This document shows, in pieces, positions 20,953 to 35,890 of a stretch of 64,000 nucleotides of DNA. Location of the stretch: assembly GCF_026571515.1 (NCBI RefSeq), contig NW_026852705.1, forward strand, positions 1 to 64,000. Direction: 5' to 3'. The position numbers were made by a program, and so were the translations under genes. Source of the DNA: Ruditapes philippinarum (Eukaryota). The notes beneath the pieces are model-generated. The model saw only the letters and a program-made list of their open reading frames with translations. It made no database searches and was not told the origin of the DNA. The stretch's first letter is position 1. Each line of letters opens with the position of its first letter.

Positions 20953-22557
20953 ATGGGTAAGTTTGAAAAAGTTTACTATTTAACTTAAGATAATTACCCT
21001 AAGTTTCCTGTATGTGTAAATATTTAATGAAGGGGTATCTTTTGTTTTAAACAAGTTATCAGCAAATTGACTCTCAAAACTGCTTAAGTTTGTAAACATA
21101 GATTTTTTTATCATTTATTTTGTTTGTATTGATACTAAGGGGTATAGATAAACACATTGGGCTAGCTCATGATCTTTGTCTTTCATTACACATGTGTGTT
21201 GTGCGTGTTTAAAACGGCAACTTACTAGCCATTATAATGGCTGTATTTTATTTCATTTTATAAATTAAACACTTGTCTTGGGCTACGTATAAAATGAGCA
21301 CTATTTAGCTTAAAGATATATTATGCTCAAATTTGATATTTGAAAAAAACTGATAATAACTATACAGTCTCTTAAACATTTTTTTTAATACATACGGAGA
21401 AAATATGTTACATTTTAGCAGGTAATCACAGTATAATATTATATAGTGTCATTAAAAAAACTGACAGTTTAATAGACCAAATTAACTTGACAAGTAATAG
21501 GGAATGCAGCTTCCCAAACATAGCTTATAGTTTACATTCACTTATTCAAATTTACTAGATTTCAATAAATTTCTGCAATAAAAGTATTTTTTCAAAAGAT
21601 GAGCAAAGTCGATCTATATCTTTAAGGTGTCGGATCTCAATTGTATTGATTTAAGTCAGAAATAAAACAGTATATCTAACTACATCGTCGGATTAACATG
21701 TAACATAAAATGTTAATGGTTCGGCCGTGGGTATCCGACGATGCAGTAAATATTATGTAACGAATTGTAATATGTTTCTAGATGAACGCTGGGCAATCAG
21801 AAGCCCTCCACCCAGTTATGACGAAACCAGTGACGTCGAGATGGTAAAGGACACTGACAAACGAACAATCTACGTTGGTCAACCACAGAACATGTTCTAC
21901 AATGGTGCTCGATTTGATGGTGTATCCAGAATGAAAATACATGTACGTCTCGTTTTCCCATATATTTTAATATTTTATATTATACTTCGTCGATGACATA
22001 TCGGAAAATGTTCAAAATTTAACATCAGAGCCAAATATGTAAAAGTAACACATACATGACGTTCGGTGTTTAAAATTTTTAGACATTTTAAAGTGTATTT
22101 ATTTACAAGTACATTTATTCATGTATAAAGAAATGAAGTCAGCCATGTAAGTCCTTAAATTAAGTCATTAAAAATCATAATCCTTGTAAACGCATATGAA
22201 CAAAAAATATTGAATTGCATTGATTTCGGTAAAGCTTTAAATATTTTTTTTATTATCCTTATATTGATTTATCCATACCATTCACACGATTTTCTGTTTG
22301 TATACCAATCAAAAGTATATTTTGAACTCACATGAATGAAATCATTGTACTTAATTTTAGTTCATTATACAAGTATATTCTTTTTTTCTCAGCCCCCTCC
22401 ACCGGGATGTGAACCGAATGAATACCAATCAATGTTGATGAAAAAAGATGGGGAAATATGGTTTAAGCCAGCACCGCAGCGACAGAATGGAACCAGCAAA
22501 TCTAAAAATAAAGTTACTCCTAATTCAACTGTTGTGGCAAATATTGACATGGCGTAA
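20953..22557 (+). CDS. Small spliced protein (~109 aa) with a PPSY (PPxY) motif
   Basis: Exons 20953-20956 (ATGG|gtaagt), 21782-21942 (ag|...|gtacgt) and 22393-22557 (cag|...TAA); phases are consistent. Protein MDERWAIRSPPPSYDETS...KIHPPPPGCEPNEY...IDMA. TATA-like TATAAATA at ~20857. Confidence 0.65.
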
Positions 22558-22724
22558 GACTAACATTGTCAAATTGCGCGTATCCAACCAAAGAAAACTT
22601 GAAATTACATGTATTTTATCAGTACTGTGAAACAGTATTGTACGCGTTTGTCTAAACGACAGATTGTGTGTATTCGAATCAATATTTAACATAAGTCATC
22701 AAATGAATGTGTCTGTCCTAAAAT

Positions 22725-23350
22725 GTGCATCTGTCCTAAACATTGTGACAAATTGTGCATACGTCCTAAACGTTGCGACAAATTGTGCGTATCCGTCCTA
22801 AACATTGTGACAAATTGTGTGTATCTGTCCTAAACATTGTGACAAATTGTGTGTATCCGTCCTAAACATTGTGACAAATTGTGTATCCGTCCTAAACATT
22901 GTGACAAATTGTATGTATCCGTCCTAAGCATTCAATAAAGTGTGTGTATCCGTCCTAACCTTTGTGACAAATTGCATGTATCAATCCGAAGCATTGACAA
23001 ATTGTGTATCCGTCTAATGTATTGTGACAAATTGCATGTATCCATCCTAAAGATTGTGACAAATTGTGCATACGTCTTAAGCATTGTGGCAAATTGTGTA
23101 TACATCCTAAGCATTGTGACAAATTGCATAATTCCGTCCAAAACAGTGTGACATCCGTCCTAAGTATGGTTGCAAGTTGTATATTCGTCCAAAGCGGTGA
23201 AATCTTGTGTATCAAAAATAAGAATAGTGACAAATAGTGTCATTATCTTAAATATAGTGATAAATTGTGCATCATTAACATGATCATAAATTTTCATGTG
23301 GTCTTCATAAGCACGTGACAAATTGTCTATTTGTCCTTAGCTAAGTGGCA
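22725..23350. repeat. Minisatellite, ~33-bp unit CATTGTGACAAATTGTGTGTATCCGTCCTAAA
   Basis: More than a dozen progressively decaying copies; explains the spurious ORFs at 22932-23233. Confidence 0.92.
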
Positions 23351-26300
23351 AAGCATGTGTCCTTGCAGAGCAGGTGTCCATCATAAACAGAACAGAAAAA
23401 TTGTGGCAAATTATGTGTAGTCAAACCAACTACATTTTTTTTGTATTGTATTATCAAATTGCTTGTATTCGCATTGTCATTCAAAATATGAAAAAATAAC
23501 ATACATTTTTTTAAATAATATTTTATTGTCATAAACGATGTTCATAAACAATTGTATTTAGAAATAGCAAAGCACATATTAATTCCATGTATGGAACCAT
23601 ATCTTAAAATCAATTGAAAATAAATGTTGTTAACAAGTGATAATATCTGTACACATTACATAAAATGATTTGTTGACCACACATACATTGTCATTCCACC
23701 CACATACATTGTCATTCCATCCACACATTATGTACAAAAAACATTATCTTGTTTAATTTTATATATAACTACTGGTGCAATTTATCAGTGTTTTATCACA
23801 TGTACTCGTCTATTTATCTTTTATTCCATTTCACTATAACATAATTACTATGCTAGGTATTGCTATCTACATGGAATAAGGATGGAATTATTACCATCCC
23901 TAATTTGTAAAACGTTTATAAATTTTCTCAGATATAATAAGATTAAATGTAAATCTGGTTTAAATGGTAGTCAAGATTTCACTGAGAATAGTTATTCTAA
24001 ATACAGTCACTTTAACACAACCTGAAAGACTATTTACATGTAAAATTACTTGAAATTTTGATGTTAATGAACAACAATGTTGTCGTTTGCTTTTTTGGCC
24101 TAAAGGATTCATTTACCAAATTTTAAAACTAAATCATTGTCAAAGTTTTTTTGTGAATCACCTATTATTTCACATATTTCTATAACAAAATAAGTGCACC
24201 ATTCAATTATAAACTGACCAGGTCTTATTGAATAAATCCAATTTAAAATCTATTTTTCTATTATACAGGTTTTCACTACCTTAATGTCTACCTTTGAGTA
24301 TATGAAATTTCTGTGAACAAAAATATAAAGAGAGTTTTAGAAGAAAAAATAATTTTGCACCAGCAATATCCAGCAGCCTGGATCTTTCCGAAGTTATTTC
24401 AAATCATGCTGTTCCTATTCAGGTTTTAAATTTTTTATAAGGTTTTGGTAATTCCGCGAAACACATGGAAAACCTGATTCAACTGCCGCAAAATGGGACA
24501 GGCTTTTTCTGGAAATTTTCCATTGCTTCGCAACCTCTATTTTTTGTTGTATTGTCGGTGAAACCGGTCAAAAATCCTCTTATACTTACAAAACATGGAA
24601 ACAGTGTAAAACTCAAAAAGAATCTATTTGAAATCTCAGTTTTTAGCACTTTTCATATTATCAAATATTATGACTTATAATAACATTATAATTATTATAA
24701 TCATTATTAATCATTTCTCTCCAAATTCTTCCTATTTGATAACAAAAATCTTGAATAAAATCTAGTCGGGATATTGCATGTTTTACTTGTATATTTTCTA
24801 TGATTTTTTCCCTGTAAAACTGTTGTACATTTTATATTTTCTTTCCCACCTAATAATATCAATATTCAGTAGTAATAAATGATTATAAAAGTATCTTTGT
24901 TTTCACTACAGTCAAATACATAATGTTCAAACAATATTTATCAGTAGCACTTATTAAGTAAAAAAATGCCAATTAATAATCCTCAGTACTGTTACAAATA
25001 ACATTCTTAATTATAATATACCTAAGTTCATAAAAATCTCCAACACCAAAATAAAACCATTTCAGTATTATAATATTACATGTTTTATTTTAACAGTCTG
25101 ATTATCAGACAATTATTTACAATTCTTATGTCTGTTTAATTTTTGATTCAGACAGAAATAAACTGCATCCCTTTAAAGAACTTGAACTCATAAAGCTATA
25201 GGAAATGTAAACCTATTTATGGTTGGTACTAGTATTACATCATCCAATCAATATTCAAAGTAATCCTTGACAAGAATCTGGATTATTATAACTGAATGAA
25301 TGAAGTGGGAATCCTAGTGGTAAAGGTGTCATTTCTTCATATGACACCAGTAGGCAGTACTGGTTGGTTCCAGGAAGTGGACATGAAAGTGATTAACATA
25401 AATTGCAAGAACTTGTTATGCAATCGCGTTGAAATAAATATTTTTTAACCAATTTGCATGGAAGATTTGTATTACTATACATATACAATGACTAATTATT
25501 CTTTTATCGGTCAACAAATAATAAAATCATTAGCATGACTATCTATAAGATATGTATGTTACATAATTTTCTTTTTGAACTGGAAATGATTACAAATGTA
25601 GGAAATCAAAATATGACTTACTAAAAAAAATTTAACATAATTAACCATTACAATGTTGAAACTGAACTTTTTTATTTCAATATTTTTATCAGTATATAGA
25701 ATGGCTGGGCTACATCATATATTCATACAGTCCAACCAGCATGTATACCGTTAGCTGATTAACTACATTGTATTATATTTCATAACGATAGCCCTAACAC
25801 TAACTACAATGTATAATGTTAAAAAATTTTTATAACGATAGACCCAACATGGCCTAATCGCGTTTCAAAATGGAAAGTGAATACTGTACATTTAGGTAAT
25901 TTAGCATGTTGATTTTAAGTCAGATAATAAAATGATGATAAAACAAAGGTTACCTTATGCTATTTACAAAATACATTTGAGATAAACATTATTATCAGAC
26001 AAATTAGATTTTACTTTACTCTAGGCCCTAATTTATAACAAATGCACAAATCTGTTCTTAAATCTGCAATATCGTTACACCTACAACAAATAATATCATT
26101 TTTCCAATTGGTTTCATCAGAGATTATCTTGTCAATGTATAAAACAAATCTATTTTCATCGAACATACTGTCACATATCCATGTACACATAACTTCTATT
26201 TATATCTATGATGCAATCAACAAAATAAAAACTCATATCCGTATATCAGTGTAATCAGATTTATCTAGTTAAGTGTTTACATCAACTTAATATGTTCAAC

Positions 26301-27257
26301 ATACAATTTCCTACAATAATGCCCTTTACATACACAGATCACTTTTGTAACCAAAGGGAGGTAACCAAAGTATCAGTGTGAAATAAAATTACACATAATA
26401 CATTTAAACATTACATTAGTATATTTGTTCATTTATACCAACACACACATACATACTTAAACATCTCTGTTATAAAACAGTCAGTGTCAGTGTAACCAGT
26501 CTTCAAATATTGAACTCAAATCTATATATATAATGGTAAGTAAAGGCATTTAGTTACAAAATTAATAAATAAATCAATTTTTGAAGACCGTATTTCGTCT
26601 AACATTGTCAGTTTAAAACAAAGAAAGTAAACATCTTTATAAGGTTCAATACTGAACTTTTTAGTTTCTGCTTGGACAAAAAAAAATAAGTAAAAAAATT
26701 GTGTTCTCCACATGTTAGAATTGAAGACAAAAATACCTCTATATCAGAAGTGGATTTTATTTAGATTTGAGGTCCGAGTCTGTCACGAGGCAGTTACTGA
26801 GGCAACGTTTACTGCTGTAATGACACACTGTTTCTGCATTACAAAAGAAATTGTTTTATCACTTTCAATGACATAATGTGTACAAAATACTACAATAAAT
26901 CTATAATTTCAATTTCTGTAACTAGAAAGATCATCCAATTATTATTTACATTCTCCCAACATTTTATATTGATTGAATCAATATAAACATGGCATTGGTG
27001 TTAAATATAGATATTTATATTACAAACATGTTAATTATGTTACACACATTTATGACTAATAATACCCTTTAACTTGGGACAAATTCTTCTAAAAACAATA
27101 TTCATTTACAGAAAGTAAGGATAACAAATTTTCATACCAATTCAATTCTTAATTTCTTTTTTTTCCTTATTAACTAAATTAAAATATTTGTCTAAATATT
27201 ACACTAAAATTAATGTTTTTCAATTGTATCATTATCATTAACCTACTGAAATGGAAA

Positions 27258-27460
27258 TTGATAAAGCCTTTGCCACCAGAATAGAACCAGGCCAGCCTGC
27301 ATATCTGTGTAATTTAACCAGGCCTTTTACTGTTGGTTAAGTATACAGCTGGCTGTCTAACTTTAAATTTTTCACATTGATAACCATAAAATTGATAATA
27401 AATATTTCCAAACAAGTCCTAATAAGAAATTCAGCAGGTGTAGTGTTATCCTTGACCCTT
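27258..27460. mobile_element. MITE-like dispersed repeat (related copy at ~42470-42540)
   Basis: Both sites share TTAACCT...AGCCTTTGCCACCAG..TAGAACCAGG.CAG.CTGC. Confidence 0.5.
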
Positions 27461-28677
27461 TTACCATCTAGTGATGAGTAAATAAATTAAAACAAAAATC
27501 TAACTTACATTTTAATGTAATGTAAACAGTATTAAGAGTTATTATATGTTATGTATAATTACTTGCAATCTATGCAGTACTCTGCATGTTTTATGTACAA
27601 ATAGTATATAAATGTATTTCCATTGATCACCATTTTATCTACCCTGTTTTCTGAGTAACTGCTCTTTACATACTTTAGTAGGTATGTAATTAATACCTTT
27701 TGGGAAGTTTTGGCGTCTTAGGCTGTTTAATCACTGATTCACGAGAAAACTTTTCACTATAAAATAACATAAATCTGGAGGCATGCTCTTTAAACAAAGC
27801 TTTTTTGAGATTTCTATTTAAAAGTTCATTAACTTTCAAAATATACTGTACATCTAAGACTTATCACATACATGTAAAAAATAAGACCAGTAATATTATG
27901 GTTAAACCAGAAAAAAATTGCCGTGTGTAACTTACTATGAAAATGTTGAACATACAATAGGCTTTCCTTGAAAACAATAATTTAAGATATTTTAAAATGG
28001 TTTACAGAATACACATCCATAAACAAAATCGGATTGTCTTATTACATTAAACCATTGTTTCTCAAGTTTTAATCCAATAGGTAACAACCTTTACGTTTTT
28101 ATTTCAAACTAAAAAATAATACAACATTTATTAACATTAATATAATGTATTCTTTTATCAATTTCCTTTTATCTTCTTACTCTAATTTCTATTAATCTGT
28201 AAGCATGAACACAATGTTGATAAACTCATTTTATTTATATGAGGTCATTAAGTGTTTAAGTTTGACTATTTTCATACCACTTTAAAGGCCTTAAATTAAT
28301 TATAAAATATGGTTTGCTTCTCGCTTCGAACCATGCTTTTCATACAACCAGATCTTTACAATAGCACAAATTTTCTAAAATTGGATGAGGTATAACTGAC
28401 TTTTGTGTAATCTACTTTTAACTAATTTTCTCAAATTAAATGGATTTTATAATTTATCTATTAGTTAAAAAACTTAAGTAACTATAATAATTACTAAATA
28501 ATATATTTTTCTGTAGTATCACACTCAATGCTGGATTTAATTCTTTTCTTTTTACATTACTAAAAATGATTAAGCTCCATCACAAAATATAATGTACTCA
28601 TGTTTGGTTACATACAAAGTTGAAAAATTAACTAAGAATTTCAAATACAAAGCAGCTGAATTAGATGATAGGTTAGT

Positions 28678-31600
28678 CTATAACAATCTATTCTTCTTTC
28701 TAGTAGGAGAGTCCATATTAACATCGGGAGTCGCCGCTCTTTTTCTAGAATCACAGTTTCGTGAAAATTCATCTAAAATGAAAGAGTTCAGTTCCTCAAC
28801 GTTGGTTTTTGGCAGGCCAGACAAACTATTAGAATTTGAATTGTTGTGTGGCCTGAATCCCACACTAATATTTGACATAGCTCCATCTAAACCTGAAAAA
28901 TAGAACAATATAAAACTGTTAAACAGTATTTGTCATGGACTAAAAACTATCAATTCGCACCAATTTTATCTTCTGAATCCATGGAACTATTATCTTATAA
29001 AATAATATTACTATTTACTAACACTATTCTTAGCTCACTCAGACATCAATTCCTGCTCCACTGAGAATAAATATGCATGTGTCTCAATAAACCTTAGGTC
29101 CATTCATGTCATGTAAAGTTTGGTAAAAAACTTTCCAGTTATTTGGGCAACTTTTGGAGAGTCATTACCTACTACAGATATCAGTGAACTGAATGATTTA
29201 AGCTAACCTTGGAGCATTTAGGTGTTCACAGGAGCTAAAAATATCTTCTAAAATGAAATTTATGATAAGCCTGTGGTTAAATTGACTAAAATAAACATCT
29301 AAAATTCTTAGGCCAATACAGTTTGGTACCTTTATGGTAAAAACTTCAGTCTTGGTGAAGGACCTTAACAAATATAACCCCCGAAGACATGCATGTAGTT
29401 AATACAAGTAAATTATTACTAAATACTGTACTTGTTGTGAGGAAATAAGAACTTGCAAATAAGCTTATTTGCAGTAATAAACTTTCTAAACAAAAGAGAA
29501 CTCATACTATGGTTAACACCCTTGTTGGTGACCAGTAATACTACAAACCCAATACATACATGTATATAGGATACAGAATATAAATTCAACAGGTAATGAG
29601 AAAGGAAGTGATTTGTGAAAGTTGAATTAAATGTTAGTTGTTACACCGCCATTGATGCCATGGCAAAATGAAAAGCTTCATTATTCTTGAGCTAAAAACA
29701 TGTCAAATTGATCAATGACATATTATGGCAAAATACAGTTAAAAACATCATTTCTTATTTCTTCCTATATAATAAATAACTCACAACACACACACTATTT
29801 ACTGATCATATCTAAAAATATTACACACCTTGCAAGGCAATTGCCTCTCGGAAGCATTGCAAATCCGCCTCCGTACTCCTAGGTAAACTATCCCCTGAAG
29901 GGAACCTTGGAAATGAACGATCCATTCTTGCTGATGCACTATGACGCACAACACTACCAGACATTTTAGTTCTTTGTGGTGGATTTTTACCACTAAGGAA
30001 AGCTAACAAATCTTCACGTCTAATATGTCTTCTTCGTTTTTTCACCCAGGACACAATGTCTTTCAGTTGTCTTTGCCGACCTCTTTGAACACCAGATTCC
30101 ATGCAATGTTTGGCTGTATCAACACTATCTGTTAAACAAAACTTTAAGCATTACAACAAGCTTGATCTAATCAATTATAAATATCTACCTTTTAAGTTTG
30201 GCTTTAAATTCACAAAGAACAAACAGTCACATTTTGCAACTTAAATAAGTTAAAAGGGTTAATGCTCCAGTGGAGACATACAGTAAGTAACTTTGGGTAC
30301 CCCCTGTGCATAATATCAAGCATTGAAACTTCAAGTTTAAGCTAAATTATAGTGAACGACAACATTCTCAGTCATACATATACAAAGACAAATATGTATA
30401 AATAATTCGGGAATATACTAGTCATGCTATGTGTTAACAAATCTATAAAACCAGAATCTGACAAGAACATGACTAACACTGGCCATGTCAAAGTTATATA
30501 TATTTTTTTTTATCAAGAACTGGCATTTATTTTTGGGAAAAAAATATCTGAATGTTTTATTGTTTACACAAATACATTAAACTATAATTTATCTTTTTTA
30601 TATTTAACCTTAAAATCTAATGCATACAAGATTTTTATGGCAAGTTTCCAAAGACATGTAAAGTACTTTTTTAAAATGGTTTGCAATATTATATCAATAA
30701 AAATATTCAAACATGGTAACAATGTTTTGTCTTAATTTGTTTAAATAAATTATCATAAATTATCATAAAAGCACTTTTGGACTTTTAATATCTTCTACTC
30801 CACTAACCTTCAAAAGGCTGAATAACTAGACACTGCATATATGTTGATTAATCATACAATTAATAAAGTTAATTCATATAGCTTTAGAACTAAAGCACCA
30901 ACTCATTTCATCTGAGTCGAACCACCAACCGTTCTGACATGAAAAACCTCAAATGTCTGATCAATGTGTTTTAAACCTACAGCAGACTGCAGACAGTGAG
31001 TGGCAAGAAATTCAAAGTCAACCACCTTTACCACTATGTCACAGTAGTCTTGTCATTTTAAATTTGAGATTTAAATATTTTATACTTGCTTACCTTTATA
31101 TAGAGTTGTAACTGAAGACGCAGCATTTTGGAATGGAATCCATAATGAAAGCCCATTGGTACGATCTATCAAAATCAAATGAAAATAAATAAAGTGTACA
31201 TAATATCATTATTCAGGGTTCGAATTTAAGCTGGCATACTGGCAAAATGCAAGTTAAAATCTAATAATGCCAGTAAAAATTACTCTAGCTGGCATTTATT
31301 TGCAAGTGACTGTTCATTTTGGATGTTTACATAATTGTTATCTTCTGAGCTGATGATGATGATTGGCAACTGCCTGCTGCAGTAACTGATGATGTTTACC
31401 TTAAAAACTTAAAAATAAATTTTAAGTTGCTCTACCGGTATTTATTTTTTCTGTAACGATATTTTGATGGATTATTTATAATAGCGAAACACTATTAGTT
31501 ACAACATCCAAGATGTTTTATCAGGGTCCAAAATATCATATGTAAGATGGTATAAATCATATGTAAGATGGTCTGACTTATGGTAGGTTTAAATGGAAAA

Positions 31601-34600
31601 GAGTCAACTCGGCCCTATACCAACTCGGCACGGTCAACTCGGCCCACTTTAAAAAAATATATTTAACGTAGTAATATTAAAAAAAATATCAAACAAAAAC
31701 ATGTTTACTTAATATCATAATTAAGCTTCTAATTAATTGCAGGTGGTCACTAATCAAGTTTAAATGAATGCGTCAATCATAATTATCACCTAATTAATCG
31801 GTATCCTTACGAACACACTGATTGATAATAATAGCCTGTGACAATAAGAGTCCCTTTAATGTCTTTAACCAATTTCATTTAATTTGTTTGTAATTGTCAA
31901 AAGCTGAAAATTAAGTCCGTGTATTATACATAATTACAAATATTACAAAAAATAGTGATTACACAAACCTAAATATAAATAATTGAAAAGTGGGCCGAGT
32001 TGACCCGTGCCGAGTTGGTATAGGGCCGAGCTGACTCGGGGGCCGAGTACGTTTTAGGGCCGAGCTGACCCGGAATCGTTTAAATTTAAATACCTTAAAT
32101 GTCAAACAATGTGTTGAAATATATTTTGAGATGAAACTAAGATCACAAGCCTTTTCATGTTTTAGCATAACACATTGATTTTACTAGATTGTAATGGAAA
32201 CAGCCATATTTTTTCACTCGCTATACCTCGCTTATTTATGTAGTTCATATAGAAAGTGTTGAGGTGTTTTTCGTTTGTCTAATTAATAAATTAATGTTCT
32301 TCAGATTACCTTCGAGCTAAACATCACTACATGACTTGCATACAACTATATACAGTCTATGCGAAAGTCAATTTTTTTTTCAGGCCACAAGGACCGAGAC
32401 CCTTAGGTTTATTTCCGGCCCGGATGATAGTTTTCCGGCCCAGACATTTCAAGCATTATTTTATAATAACTCGGTTGAATGTAAAAATGATTGTCTTTCT
32501 TTAAATTAGTGAGACTATCAATATAGAAACATAAGAAGATGCTGACCAATTGAAATAACTTAAGCAGGATTCTCACTAGGTTTTTAAAAAGAGGAGTCCT
32601 TGGACTCCCAAGCACAGAAAAAGCTTTTTATTCAGGAAAATGGTAGTATGTCCCAAATGGAATACATTGAACCATAAAAGTGATTGAAAAGATTTGAAAT
32701 ATAATTTCAAAAACCCTACATCATCAGACCATTATGCTGTTTTCTTCCAGATTCACTCCACACACCCCCCTCCCATCAGAAAATATTCATTGTATGTGAC
32801 AAACACATATACTGGTAAATACCTCCATCTCAACTAATGTGAACAATATATTTAGTAATTTTAATTCTTAAACTACATTTAAGTGTTATTACACACAATT
32901 TTAACAAAACAAAGTTTCCTTTTAGTTACGATTTTTTAATGATAAAAAGCGGCATCGCGAAAATATGTGACAATTGAAAATTTGTCTGTTTCCTGCAGAA
33001 ACATTCACAATTCTACTTGTTGTTGATTTTGATTATATAAGATTAAATATTTTTTGATTATTTTAAGATTGTTACTCATCGGCTATTTCAATTGGCATCA
33101 TAAAACAAAATTTTCAAATCTGTAATTTACGGCAAAATTTACCGTTGTTGATGAAACTTTTTGACGACAGAGCTGACTGGTATTTATTTGACAGGTACAA
33201 AATAGATCTAAGGTTGGTCAATATCTTCTTTAATAAATTCTTTGCATCACCGGGTACTTTTTATCAATCATGTCATTGATATTTTTGAATTTTTAAAAAT
33301 TTTATTCGGACATGAGGACTGACGGAAAGGAATTTTTCTCGGACCGCATGATTTTTATTCAGCCAGGACCGAGGACCGACGGACTTTCGCACAGACTGCT
33401 ATATATAATTTTAATGTCCTCATGGCCTTTATTAGGTACTTTGGCTAGTCAATTTAGTCAATGACACTTCTAAATTTATAAAAATTATTAAATATATATG
33501 GATAATTTGATAATTACTGTAAATAATTAATATGTTGCATCAAACAAGTCTATACTGGTTGGAGACCACCAAAACCGGACAACCATCAAACCCGGACGGC
33601 CCAGAAAATGCTTAATTTAGTATTTTCTTTGTTCAGTGGATGTCAGTCACTTTTTTACCAACAATAAATGCATGTTTCTTCTATAATTAAGTAAATAAAT
33701 TTATTCAACCTCCGTAACTGGTAATATTTTAATGTCTATTTCAAGAATGTTGACGTTGAAATTTGGGGGCCAGGAAAGCAATGCCTGACCTCATATACCA
33801 GCTATAATCATTTGCAGAGTAAACAATAGAATATCCAAAACTTCAGCATTTGTTGCTGACATATTGTATATCATGTTAAAAATCAAAAATCAAAACACCC
33901 AAGCTTTTATCTGAATTAAATCACGTCATGTACATATCTGTCCGGACACATGGTACTGTAGTGTAGACAATTTAGGTATTTTTGATACCCTCCTTGTCGG
34001 GCCTCAGATATAAGTGTCAATACATTCAGAAATAAACAAACTAGTTTGTAAGTTAGGGGAAGAACCTAGCTGAACTGTGTCAAATTTTTAGGTCTCTATG
34101 TTAAAAATTATGAAATCTTAGTCCTATAAATATGACGTCGCTTTGAGATATTTTTGCTTCTGGGCAAAGCAACGTCATATCGAAATTGCTCAAAAACCCA
34201 TAGCATGTTCCGCCAGAAAATCGGGTGGAACGAAAAACAATGAAGACAGCGTGTATTTACATAATTTTTGACCTATTTATGAACAAAACTAAAAAATAAA
34301 TACCTTTTGTCAAAATAATTAAACTGTCACATCCGAAAAATCATGATTAATTCCTCTCATGTATTTTAATTCCTTTTACAGCCGATAAACAAATGGCGGC
34401 CGTAAAAAGCGCCAAATCTGATTGGCTTATTCAAATGCAAGCGTTTAACTGAGTCAGAACAATCTAACGGAATATTGTTTTAACAAAATAATTGCCCATG
34501 CACCGCCAGTGTGTTCGAATATATTTTTCCGTTCAAAAAATTTGGAATCAATCTGTAAAGCACCTTGCTTAACCAGTATGGCTGATAGACAAAAATAGAT

Positions 34601-35129
34601 TGATGTTTATATTTTATTTTAAATTGATAAGTACATCGTTTGAAAGTTTTTGTGTATGATTGAGCATGAAATTGAAAGAAAATATGATAAGCTTTTGAAT
34701 AAAGCTTGAAAGGCAAGACAATAGACATTTTTTGATTTTTTTATGATGCTATGCGTTTTTGAGCAATAACTATTAGACGTCAGGCTTGACCGACAAAAAC
34801 TATAACAAGCCTGTAACGTCTAATATATTGGACTAATGAAATCTGTACGGAAAAATGTTCAAAAAGTGTCCGGTTGATGGTTCCCGACCAGTACCCTTCT
34901 CTTTAAGAAATGATCCATTTCAAACATTACCTTTATATAATTGAGCAATTGCTGTTGCAGAATTTTGAAACTGTAGAAATAATTTCTGCATTGCAAAGTC
35001 TGTATCTCTCTGAACGTTGTCCTCCATATTTGTTTCCGAACTTTCCAAATCCTCTAAACATTCTTCTTCAAAAGCACTCAACCAACCGTCGGCCATATGG
35101 TCATTTTGCTGGCCCTCTTGGTGGGCCAT
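28678..35129 (-). CDS. HAPSTR1: HUWE1-associated protein modifying stress responses (HAPSTR1/C16orf72/UPF0472), ~261 aa
   Basis: Exons 34931-35129, 31094-31165, 29829-30128 and 28678-28892, all GT-AG and phase 1. Motifs WLSAFEEECLE, KLFLQFQNSATAIAQLYK, LSLWIPFQNAASSVTTLYK, WVKKRRRHIRREDLLAFLSGK, DLQCFREAIAL and C-terminal NLS DSPTRKKNR. Confidence 0.93.
31601..32078. mobile_element. MITE/HINE-like element with ~50-bp inverted repeats made of CTCGGC/GCCGAG units
   Basis: GAGTCAACTCGGCCCTATACCAACTCGGCACGGTCAACTCGGCCCACTTT (31601-31650) is inverted at 31987-32038. Confidence 0.75.
32353..33398. mobile_element. Non-autonomous DNA transposon with 17-bp TIR (hAT-like CAG...CTG ends)
   Basis: CAGTCTATGCGAAAGTC ... 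GACTTTCGCACAGACTG; the flanks ACTATATA / CTATATAT resemble a target-site duplication (TSD). Confidence 0.75.
33553..34893. mobile_element. Non-autonomous DNA transposon with TA ends and ~27-bp imperfect TIR
   Basis: TACTGGTTGGAGACCACCAAAACCGGACA ... TGTCCGGTTGATGGTTCCCGACCAGTA; lies in HAPSTR1 intron 1. Confidence 0.7.
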
Positions 35130-35814
35130 GATTTAAGTTTGACTTTTCCAGAAACTATTTTTGAGAATAACCTTAATTTATCAGTATTTACGTCTTTTTA
35201 CAAAGGATGTGAAAAATTATTTTTCTTTTTCTCGTCTCAACGGAAATTATATTTGCGCATGCGCAATTGAGCAATCGGACATCCGAGATAGTAATAAGTT
35301 ATGAAAACCACTAACTTAGGGTTGGTAACTACTAGTTTTGGTTTTCAACCGCTAAATTTATACCAGATATTTTATTACCATAAACCAGTTATTGAAAAAG
35401 TCAAGGCCCATAAGAGAGTCTGACAAATAACACATATTCACAAATTTGCATGACATAAAAATGTAAGAATTTTGAATTGCAACGGAACTTAAAAGTTATT
35501 TGAAACATGTATTTTTTTATCTTACTATTCAGAAGATTGCCAAATTCAATGAATTTATACACGTACTATTTTGCATGTCACTATTTATAAGTATAGAATA
35601 TTTAATAGCATGAGGATTTTGAAAACATAACAAGTTTTATGTATAATTGTTATATTATGTTATCTTCCCTTGTCTAAATGCATGGTATGATTCATACACA
35701 TGAATTCATATGAAAATCAGTTTGAAATATTTCTTAAAAAGATTTTTGTACAATTATTATTGACAAAGTTATGCCCTTTTGAACAACGTCATTAATATAT
35801 TATATGACAGAATA

Positions 35815-35890
35815 CAATTTAGAGAACTCTGTTTCAAATTTAAGATATATTTAAGATTCTGTTTCAAATTTAAGATATATTTAAGATTTT
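35815..35890. repeat. Tandem duplication (~30 bp)
   Basis: TCTGTTTCAAATTTAAGATATATTTAAGAT twice. Confidence 0.75.

Noticed and set aside
22932-23233. Repetitive Cys/His-rich ORFs
   Set aside because: They are translations of the 33-bp minisatellite.
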